Source: a virus
Reading direction: 5' to 3' (one strand)
IMG/VR virus record: IMGVR_UViG_3300035687_000003
Coordinates: 9,410 to 73,409 of that record
Length of the DNA stretch: 64,000 nt
Shown here piece after piece: positions 57,401 to 64,000 of the stretch. The first letter of the stretch is position 1; each line of letters starts with the position of its first letter. Below the pieces are notes generated by a model that was not told the DNA's origin, searched no databases, and worked only from the letters and a program-made list of their open reading frames with translations. Made by a program: the position numbers and the translations under genes.

Positions 57401-57582
57401 AGGTGATGCCCACGGCGAACACACGGCACGCGCTCAGTGGCCCAAACGATGGGGCACCGGTTAACCTCAAGATCACCATAGATAGCAGCGGGTCACAAGC
57501 TGATCAGATCCTCGCCGACTGGGTACGGAGGTTCGCGCGGGTCAACGGTGGCGGAAACGTCCAAGTCGCATTCGGGAGCTGA
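54475..57582 (+). CDS. Tape measure protein
   Basis: 1035 aa, Ala-rich coiled coil, ANPIGLIV, Trp repeats, FATGG..LVGERGPELV. Confidence 0.9.
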   Translation: MNEINIEVHATSTGLMRGEIKRDIDTAAAGQEIKIPVNADIDRLVTKIESAKQALDRLNEARSNPKIDVDIASAQAQLARVQVRLDELRNETSTPKIDADIAVAEAKMAALEERIRSLGDRKSSPKVDVDIAAAQAKLDQLRSQLADAIKAQVEIDLDAAGLREEVALKAKEAAAGQEVKVKVKVDEDGFNLSGLTGSFRTGLGQLRLPIDLIIPGIAAIGSLSGALGLIPAAAGLAGTGLAAMLVGVTGITETIKAYTQAQDAAMGRTATSAAQQAATANSLISASQAVVSARRGVADAERNYEQAVTAAKDAVVNAVNAERQAEVSADQAVESATRSLQSAEDSLTNAKHAALLAERNLTDARLAATRALEDAPNKVRDAELAQQAAIVSLQQAQSAVQVAHQQQQATLHLTAQGLVSVPAPIMPAPNTQALNLAVEQAQQRVVEMGVAYDRAKQDADMLTAAGVDGSKQVISAQDQVAASQKSVANAAAAVGEAQEKLVQAHLDGDQKIIDAKHRVTSAQLALTDTEIRSGEQIIRSKEAVDNAVRAQQQAMLAAGAAAESAAGSMSAFNARLAQLAPNARDAVLAFLGLSAVWHALAGDVQQHLFAGVGDEIRRVGAADLPVLHDGLVGMAAELNHGILLFGDWLASAQTVGDSKIIFGNFTAAAHEFHGAIQPILDIFRDLAVVGSEFLPGFGKTFAELARHAADFIRSARDSGKLKEWMQTGIDTVKTLWGIFRDLVGIIKDVANGPGGDWGLLAGLGLIIGDVRWLLDNFPLLIPILESVFLVSRVMAIVEALKLVKIATLAWTVAQWLLNIALDANPIGLIVIAVLALAGLAYLVWRNWDTIIGWLTDAWHIFSAVFWIVIRWIEDRWNDFLGFLGDVGRIIFGFGGWMWNGIVYGAKWMANQVIGYINGMIRTINVLIHGINWTSFGAFNIPDIPQLTYFATGGIGSGLALVGERGPELVHLPTGSQVMPTANTRHALSGPNDGAPVNLKITIDSSGSQADQILADWVRRFARVNGGGNVQVAFGS

Positions 57583-57585
57583 TGC

Positions 57586-59700
57586 ATGTCCTCGCCGAAT
57601 CCGCCGTTCGACATGCATGTTGAGCTGTATGTCAACGGTGCGTGGACAGATGTGTCCGGGGACGCATACGACCGCAACCCCATCTCTATTACGCACGGAT
57701 ATTCCGGTGAGACGTCGAAAAGCGTGGATGCGGCGCGCTGCCATCTTACCCTCGACAACCGTGCCCGCAACTACTCACCACGCAACCCAAACTCGATCTA
57801 CTATGGAACACTGAAACGAAACACCCCGGTCCGAGTGTCCGTGAACACCGGGGGCACGCAATACCGGTTCTGGGGTGAGATCGCCGGGATCACCCCGTCG
57901 GCAGATCAATCCGGAAGGGACCTCACCTCCACCATCGAGGCCGGCGGCCTGCTGCGACGACTCGGACAGGGCGCGCAAACCGTTCGCTCACGCCCCCGGA
58001 CCTACATCCCTGCCACGTCACCCACCGCGTACTGGCCAATGGAAGACGGGCCGCTGTCCAGTGAAGGTGTCGCAGTGGTAGGCGCATACCCGATGCGCCA
58101 CATCGGGTCCACACCGCAAACCTGGGGAGTGGACCAGATGGGGGTGTGGCTCGCCCCCACTGTCACCGGCGTCACGCATATCATTAATGCAGGCGATGGG
58201 GTATTCGTCGGCCGGGTCGCCGCGGCTGCCGGATTGTGGACCGTCGACTACATGTTTTCTGGGAACGCTCCCCACTCGATGGCGGTGTCCGGCGATGCTA
58301 CGAGTCTTGGCGGCGGCGGCAATCAATGGACCTTGAGTCATAATCCATCAATTTCCACGCTTCAGATCACTGGTCCCGCCGGCGGTGCCGGTTCCCAGGC
58401 GATAGGACTTGACGTCCCCACGAATCAGGCCCATCATGTTCGATTCTCCGTGCGGGAATCCGGATCGGATGCCCTCTTTTTCGTCTATATCGACGGAGTT
58501 CAGGTATTCGCCGGGACCATGACCGGCGATGCGCCATTGCCAACGCCCCTGGCAGTCGTGTTCAATGCCAACAGCGGAGCTGCGGCAAACACTACCGGTG
58601 TCACCTGGGGACATGTCGCATTCTACGGATCCGGCACCACCGTGCCCGCACTGGATGCCACTGTACTAGCCGCCATGGGATCCCCCGGCGAATCCGCCGG
58701 CAACCGCATCTCCCGGATCTGTGTTGATCAAGGGATCACCCTGACCACCATCGGATCCCTGGCCGCGACGCAACCATGCGGACCACAGGACGTGATTGGC
58801 ATTGTCGACGTCCTCCAAGAGACTGCCGAAGTCGACGGCGGATTGCTTTACGAAACGCTCGACTCAATTGGACTCACCTACCGGAGCCGGGCGGCGATCT
58901 ACAATCAGTCGCCGAGCCTGACCTTGACTTACACGACCCCGCATCATCTTGCAGCTCCACTGGCACCTGTAGATGACGATCAGACGTTGCGTAATGACGT
59001 CACAGTCACCCGTAAAGGCGGGTCAGCTGCCCAAGTCGTCCAAACCGCGGGGCCGCTATCCATTTCGGTACCACCCGTCGGCGTCGGGCGATATACTGAT
59101 TCACTCACCATTAACTGCTTCACCCAAGATCAAGCTATCGATCAAGCCGGGTGGCGGGCACTGAATGTCGGCACCTGGGATGAGGCGCGGTTCCCTTCGC
59201 TGAAATTCGATCTCAGCGTGCTACCGCTGACGCAGCGGGCTCAACTACTGACCTGCAACGTGGGATCGCGGCTCACCATTACCTCACCACCAACATGGTT
59301 ACCACCCGACCAGATTGATCTCCTGATTGTCGGGCTGAAAGAGACACTCACCCGCTACGTTTGGAATATCGAGCTCGCGTGCGTTCCATTCGGGCCGTAC
59401 CGGGTAGCGGTCGCTGACAGCACCACCCTGGCCCGACCAGCATCCGACAGGTCCACCGTGACCACGACAACTACCGCCACATCGTGGTCAGTCGCTACGT
59501 CATCCGGTCCGCTTTGGACCATAGCTGCGGCCGACTTCCCCTTTGACCTGCGATGCGAAGGGGAACGGGTGACCGTGACGAACATCACCGGTGTTGCATC
59601 GCCGCAGACATTCACAGTAACCCGCAGCGTCAACGGGATCGTCAAGGCACACACCGCTGCCACGATAGACCCGTGGTTCCCAATGATCGCGGCGATGTGA
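57586..59700 (+). CDS. Minor tail / tail tip protein with LamG-like insert
   Basis: VELYVNGAWTDVS; LTLDNR..YSPRNP; AYWPMEDG; EVDGGLLYE; RNDVTV. Confidence 0.8.
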   Translation: MSSPNPPFDMHVELYVNGAWTDVSGDAYDRNPISITHGYSGETSKSVDAARCHLTLDNRARNYSPRNPNSIYYGTLKRNTPVRVSVNTGGTQYRFWGEIAGITPSADQSGRDLTSTIEAGGLLRRLGQGAQTVRSRPRTYIPATSPTAYWPMEDGPLSSEGVAVVGAYPMRHIGSTPQTWGVDQMGVWLAPTVTGVTHIINAGDGVFVGRVAAAAGLWTVDYMFSGNAPHSMAVSGDATSLGGGGNQWTLSHNPSISTLQITGPAGGAGSQAIGLDVPTNQAHHVRFSVRESGSDALFFVYIDGVQVFAGTMTGDAPLPTPLAVVFNANSGAAANTTGVTWGHVAFYGSGTTVPALDATVLAAMGSPGESAGNRISRICVDQGITLTTIGSLAATQPCGPQDVIGIVDVLQETAEVDGGLLYETLDSIGLTYRSRAAIYNQSPSLTLTYTTPHHLAAPLAPVDDDQTLRNDVTVTRKGGSAAQVVQTAGPLSISVPPVGVGRYTDSLTINCFTQDQAIDQAGWRALNVGTWDEARFPSLKFDLSVLPLTQRAQLLTCNVGSRLTITSPPTWLPPDQIDLLIVGLKETLTRYVWNIELACVPFGPYRVAVADSTTLARPASDRSTVTTTTTATSWSVATSSGPLWTIAAADFPFDLRCEGERVTVTNITGVASPQTFTVTRSVNGIVKAHTAATIDPWFPMIAAM

Positions 59701-59701
59701 C

Positions 59702-60202
59702 GTGGCGATCACCGCAGGCCAGACGGTTAAGGCGTCCGATCTCAACGCACTATCTGGGCTCACCGCATGTCTCACCGCGGACAGCTCCATTGTTAATAAC
59801 TCCACTGCGTTCGTTTCCACTAACCTTGTTATCGCGGTGGCAGCGAACACCACGTATGCGATGGAATCATTCGTTATTTTCGACAGCAGTGCGACCGCGG
59901 ACTATAAGTGCAACTTCCTGCTCCCTGTTGGCGCGACAATGCTCATGTCGCTCTGGGGCAGCGGTGTTGGGGCCACAGCAGTGGATTCCACCATCTTCCA
60001 CGATTCCCTGGCCGTCACCACCCTGCCCGCGGGCGGCGTCGCATCCGGAACCCTCATGACATTGCGCACCGCTGGCACGATCACCATAGCAGCGACCGCG
60101 GGGAACGTGACGTACCAATTCGCGCAGAACACGGCTACCGCTGTCAACACATTCATTAAGACTGGCAGCTGGATCAAGGTGACACCTGTACGGCTTGTCT
60201 GA
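59702..60202 (+). CDS. Short tail fibre / minor tail protein
   Basis: AGQTVKASDLN; GTI..TAGNV..QFAQ..GSW. Confidence 0.7.
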   Translation: MAITAGQTVKASDLNALSGLTACLTADSSIVNNSTAFVSTNLVIAVAANTTYAMESFVIFDSSATADYKCNFLLPVGATMLMSLWGSGVGATAVDSTIFHDSLAVTTLPAGGVASGTLMTLRTAGTITIAATAGNVTYQFAQNTATAVNTFIKTGSWIKVTPVRLV

Positions 60203-60265
60203 CTGCTGATTTCATTCGGGGAGCGTTTCCGCGTGGACGATTAAGAAAGAGGGACCGGTTAGTTC

Positions 60266-60688
60266 ATGACTACTCAGCGTCCAGCGGATCTTGCCAACCC
60301 TAATCCCATCGTGCACTACGTGATTGTCCCGCTCAGCTCGCTCACGATAGGATATTTTACTATCGGTTTATGTCTATTACTGCAACCACACCGCTGGATA
60401 GCAACTCCGGCTTACGCCAACCTGATAGACATCGCAAGTTCCACCGTATGGGGATGTTGCTATCTCGTGACGGCCGCTCTCCTCGCGTTGTCAGTATGGC
60501 GCTGGCGCACCCGATGGCTGGTAGTGGCAGCGCATACCGTCGCTATCGCACTTACCGGGGTATGGTTCATGGCGTTCATTATCAGATACCTGACAAACGA
60601 TAACACCACGATTGTGACGGCCGCCGCGTGGGGAGTGTTCCTGGCGTTGCTTGTGCAATCGGGGACCGCGCTGGGCAACCGGCGATGA
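60266..60688 (+). CDS. Four-TM membrane protein in lysis cassette
   Basis: Four hydrophobic segments. Confidence 0.7.
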   Translation: MTTQRPADLANPNPIVHYVIVPLSSLTIGYFTIGLCLLLQPHRWIATPAYANLIDIASSTVWGCCYLVTAALLALSVWRWRTRWLVVAAHTVAIALTGVWFMAFIIRYLTNDNTTIVTAAAWGVFLALLVQSGTALGNRR

Positions 60689-61029
60689 CGCCCACCGAAC
60701 TCACCTTGTTCATCGGCCTCGCCATCACCCTCGGGTCCACCATCGGCGTACCGCTATTCTTACAGCGTCGCGCGACCGCGCAGGAAACCGCGAAAACCAC
60801 GGAAGTTTCCTGGCAGTCGATTACGTCGGTACTACAGAAAGAACGTGATCACCTACAGGCTGAGCTCGCCGCCATTGAAGGTATGCATCGGCAGAAGTTG
60901 CGAGACATCGAACAGGACTATAACCAACAGATCGTCGTGTGTCGATCACGCATCACTCACTTGGACGCGGAGATAGTGGAGTTGCACCGGCGGCTCTACC
61001 TGGTGTCCAGACCGCCCGATCTGCTGTGA
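60685..61029 (+). CDS. TM plus coiled-coil protein in lysis cassette
   Basis: N-terminal TM then heptads. Confidence 0.65.
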   Translation: MTPTELTLFIGLAITLGSTIGVPLFLQRRATAQETAKTTEVSWQSITSVLQKERDHLQAELAAIEGMHRQKLRDIEQDYNQQIVVCRSRITHLDAEIVELHRRLYLVSRPPDLL

Positions 61030-61056
61030 TAAGCGATATGGGATGATCTCGTACTT

Positions 61057-61614
61057 GTGACAACCGATGATAGGGAGACGATGGAACCCGAGGACCCGTT
61101 GCGCGGGCCTGAGCTGCCAGCGCCAGACGGCGAGAGGCTGCAGCACTGGACCGCGCCCAACCCAGACGATCGGGATGCGCTTCGGTCAGGGAGACATATC
61201 GCACCATCGAACGATAGCGGTGCACCACTGTTGGTGCCAGCGGGCTCTATGACTGAGCGCATCGCCGAAGTTGACGACCGGGTGACGCTGCTGAAAGGCC
61301 GACTTGACCGACTGCCAACCGAGATCTTGGTTGTCGCTGCCGCGGCAGTCGTCGGCATCCTCCTCGCCATCTACCTGATCTTCGCGTTAATTGACCAGCA
61401 GGACCAAATCAATGACCAGCGCGCCAAGCTAGTCACCGCCGAAACCAACCGAGCGCAAGCGGATGAAGCTCAGCGCGTTGCGGTCTGTCGATCAATCCAA
61501 GGTCTCCGGACCGCTTTCGATGTACCCACTAAAGACACCACCACCAGCTGGTCACTCCGTTACGAGGGACTCCTCGCCCAGCTCTCCGTCAGCGCAGCAG
61601 CGCTACGCTGCTAG
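61057..61614 (+). CDS. Single-TM coiled-coil protein ending in Cys
   Basis: Central TM; AVC..LRC. Confidence 0.6.
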   Translation: MTTDDRETMEPEDPLRGPELPAPDGERLQHWTAPNPDDRDALRSGRHIAPSNDSGAPLLVPAGSMTERIAEVDDRVTLLKGRLDRLPTEILVVAAAAVVGILLAIYLIFALIDQQDQINDQRAKLVTAETNRAQADEAQRVAVCRSIQGLRTAFDVPTKDTTTSWSLRYEGLLAQLSVSAAALRC

Positions 61615-61626
61615 GGAGTTGGGTAG

Positions 61627-62556
61627 ATGATCGCGCTCGGATTGGACTTCGCCGGCGGCCGACCTGGCGGTGCCGCCATCGCCAGGGCCGGGTATGGGTT
61701 CTGCGTCCGCTACCTGTCCGATGGTGGATCACGACTGCCCGGGAAGCTGCTCACCGCTTCCGAATACGCCGACTTGCAGGCACACGATGTGGCGGTAGTC
61801 GTCAACTGGGAGACAACATCCGATCGGATGAAAGATGGTTACACGGCGGGAGTGACAGACGCGCATCGCGCCGTTGCGCAGATCGACAATATCGGGCATC
61901 CCGGAGATCGGCCGATCTACTTCTCGGCGGACTGGGATGCCACCCCGGCCGATCAATCCCAGATTGACGATTATCTCCGCGGCGCGACGTCGGTCATCGG
62001 CATCGACCGGGTAGGGGTATATGGCTCCTATTACGTGTGCAAACGCTGCCTAGACAATCGCACCGCGACGTGGACATGGCAGGCCGCAGCATGGTCGGGC
62101 GGGCTACGGGAACCACGCGCTCATCTTTATCAGCGTATCGGCGCGGTCACTGTCAACGGGGTGGACTGTGACGTCAATGAAGCGCTGCGACCAGACTACG
62201 GGCAGCATCCAGGAGGTGATGTAATGAGTGCTGAGATCGAACAGATGATCCGGGACATCTACCACGAGTCCACGTTTCGATTGCCCCATCGGCGCACCGA
62301 TGATGTCGCGCTGACGTTGCCGGATGACACTGTGCTCGGTTACGGCGCTGACGCCGCCGCACTGGCGTGGCGAAACGAGCAGCGTCTCATCGCCGTGCAG
62401 GGCATCCTCGCGGCGCTGACCGCGGCCGTGGCCGCGCAGCACGGGCTCAACCTTGACGACCTGCGGACCCTGCTGGACACCGAGCTGGCCAAGGTGGTGC
62501 AGGTCAAGGTGTCCATCGTCGACGGTGATCCACCGGTCACACCGGGCAAGGCGTAA
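61627..62556 (+). CDS. Endolysin, DUF1906/GH25-like muramidase
   Basis: GLDFA; VRYLS; KLLT..E; NWE; PIYFSAD; GVYG; WQAAAWSGG; DCDVN. Confidence 0.88.
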   Translation: MIALGLDFAGGRPGGAAIARAGYGFCVRYLSDGGSRLPGKLLTASEYADLQAHDVAVVVNWETTSDRMKDGYTAGVTDAHRAVAQIDNIGHPGDRPIYFSADWDATPADQSQIDDYLRGATSVIGIDRVGVYGSYYVCKRCLDNRTATWTWQAAAWSGGLREPRAHLYQRIGAVTVNGVDCDVNEALRPDYGQHPGGDVMSAEIEQMIRDIYHESTFRLPHRRTDDVALTLPDDTVLGYGADAAALAWRNEQRLIAVQGILAALTAAVAAQHGLNLDDLRTLLDTELAKVVQVKVSIVDGDPPVTPGKA

Positions 62557-62611
62557 CTAGCACCGGGACCGATCTACGACGCGGGAGCGTTCTGACCTGG
62601 AGGGCAAACCC

Positions 62612-62935
62612 ATGGTGTCACTTGAACGGCCGCAACCCTTGCGGGATGTGGCCCGGGATGTGACGCTGACCACCGGTGCGATCGGAGCCATCCTCACCGC
62701 GTTAGTCGGGTACGGCATGCTCAATGCCACTCAGAGCAGCGCGCTGGTCAACTTGCTCGGACTGCTCCCCGGCCTCGCGACTGGAATCACCGCAGCATGG
62801 GCCGCGGTACGCACCGCGCAGATCGGGGAAGCTCACGTCACGCCCATCATTGATCCACGTGACATCGCTGGCCGGCGTCTTGTGCCGGAGACTGAAGCGC
62901 AACCCGGCCGCCACGAACTCTGGTCGCCGGAGTAA
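62612..62935 (+). CDS. Probable holin
   Basis: Two TMs; VTPIIDPRD..G.RLVP; follows endolysin. Confidence 0.7.
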   Translation: MVSLERPQPLRDVARDVTLTTGAIGAILTALVGYGMLNATQSSALVNLLGLLPGLATGITAAWAAVRTAQIGEAHVTPIIDPRDIAGRRLVPETEAQPGRHELWSPE

Positions 62936-62973
62936 TCCCTCGTCGGCCACCTCAACCTGAAGCGATCGACTGC

Positions 62974-63007
62974 AGCCTTACCTCTCCCGTAGAGGTAAGG
63001 CTTATTT
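62974..63007 (+). terminator. Late operon terminator
   Basis: AGCCTTACCTCT-CCCGT-AGAGGTAAGGCT then TATTT. Confidence 0.75.
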
Positions 63008-63026
63008 CCGCGCGTCTAGATGAAGG

Positions 63027-63160
63027 TCCGGCCCCTCCCACCTGGCCGATCGGAGGGGAGAGGGAGGGGCCGGAGGTGCCGCCGCAGTTGAGCGGGGGCT
63101 TGACCGCGGCGACCCCGGAAGTCTAGGGGGTAGGCGCGCAGCGGATCCACGGGTCGCTAC
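63027..63160. ncRNA. Candidate structured small RNA
   Basis: 13-bp stem 63027-63074, stem 63081-63110 and two weaker stems, in a gap with no credible ORF. Confidence 0.35.
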
Positions 63161-63265
63161 ATAGCGTAGGTGAAATCCAGGTGAACGCAATAACGGACGG
63201 GCGCGCATATGCAATCCCGCTGGCCTACGGTAGTCAAGTAACTACTAGCTAGCGTAGGAGACCTC

Positions 63266-63763
63266 ATGTCTGAAGTCGACCACCACGAGTCCGCAACCGA
63301 ATCAAGAGACCCCTGGATCGACGCGTACCTCGCATTTCGGGCAGCGGTACTAAACGATCGCCTCACGTCGCTTGAAGACGCCGAGGAGTACGCCAGGGAG
63401 TTGAAACGCCACCTCCCCGCCGGGCAGCCCTCCATCACCGCCGCGATGTTCATTAGCGCCGACATCGCCATCACCTTCCCGGACCAGGAAATCCCCCACC
63501 ACCTGGTCAGAAAACTATGGACCCCCGGCTTCCCGCCCCACCTGGCCGTCAACATCCCGGTGATGTGCTGCAGCGGCGATCGCGCTCTGGGCGTGCGGCT
63601 CCCGGACGACAGCAGCGACCACCCGGACGCTCACCTTGATCTCGATCGGGTCGCGGCGAAAGTCCACGGGCTGCACCGAGATATTGATCATATCGGGGGC
63701 AGCGGGGTCCACCTCGGCAGACAAGGTAGTGAAGATCCCGCCGAGCCGGGCAATACTGGGTAA
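63266..63763 (+). CDS. Hypothetical protein; 3' part overlaps antisense ORF
   Basis: AGGAG RBS. Confidence 0.45.
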   Translation: MSEVDHHESATESRDPWIDAYLAFRAAVLNDRLTSLEDAEEYARELKRHLPAGQPSITAAMFISADIAITFPDQEIPHHLVRKLWTPGFPPHLAVNIPVMCCSGDRALGVRLPDDSSDHPDAHLDLDRVAAKVHGLHRDIDHIGGSGVHLGRQGSEDPAEPGNTG

Positions 63764-63829
63764 CTCCTCGACGATCATGGTGACCACGTCATCCATGAGC
63801 GACGTGGTGCGGTCAGTGACAGTGTTCAT
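63515..63829 (-). CDS. Hypothetical protein
   Basis: Protein-like composition; TACCCT just upstream of ATG. Confidence 0.45.
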   Translation of the reverse strand: MNTVTDRTTSLMDDVVTMIVEELPSIARLGGIFTTLSAEVDPAAPDMINISVQPVDFRRDPIEIKVSVRVVAAVVREPHAQSAIAAAAHHRDVDGQVGREAGGP

Positions 63830-63867
63830 GGGGCGGGAGGGTACCGCACAGCAGGGCGATCATTGTT

Positions 63868-64000
63868 CTAGCTCCTCGTCCATGTCGCATTCTGATCAGT
63901 GTGGTCATCGCGGTGCACTTCGAAATCAGTTTCGCAGACAGCGCGACGACACGACCGGCAGTAGTGATCGCAGCTCAGCGCAGTGCACACATTCGGCGGT
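63868..64000 (-). CDS. 3' end of Cys-rich protein entering from outside window
   Basis: CDHYCRSCRRAVC..H..H then TAG (manual translation). Confidence 0.4.
   Translation of the reverse strand, partial: PPNVCTALSCDHYCRSCRRAVCETDFEVHRDDHTDQNATWTRS

Larger units (their letters stand above)
1..64000. mobile_element. Actinobacterial siphovirus-like phage/prophage (both ends outside window)
   Basis: Ordered TerS-TerL-portal-protease-capsid-connector-tail-TMP-lysis module plus phage replication/recombination genes; no block of host genes. Confidence 0.95.

Overview
The whole 64 kb reads as one high-GC actinobacterial siphovirus-type phage or prophage. I see no integrase, att site, tRNA or flanking host genes. 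The dnaX sequence looks to me like a filamentous actinomycete, possibly Pseudonocardiales (inference, not a search result). Bases 1-25.7 kb form an early, replication and recombination region: primase-helicase with an internal iteron-like cluster, MazG-like protein, SLOG protein, GntR-UTRA regulator, a full-length host-type DnaX, an internally deleted C5 methyltransferase, RecT and RecE-like proteins, DEDDh exonuclease, RuvC-like resolvase, SSB, Lsr2 and three RHH proteins. Bases 26-63 kb are a + strand late region: secreted or membrane morons, TerS/TerL, portal, ClpP-type protease, HK97 capsid, a ~9 kb block of beta-rich putative head appendage genes, connectors, a lower-GC LamG plus glycoside hydrolase cassette, two tail-tube paralogues, a chaperone with a -1 frameshift, tape measure, tail tip and lysis genes. 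Five free-standing HNH or endonuclease VII genes are scattered through it. The most unusual items are the phage-borne DnaX, a probable ATT start on a tail-tube gene next to a homing endonuclease, several short gene stubs beside their apparent replacements, a shared RNA-like leader on two HNH genes, and two hairpin-dense intergenic regions. All product calls come from recognising motifs by eye; no databases were searched.
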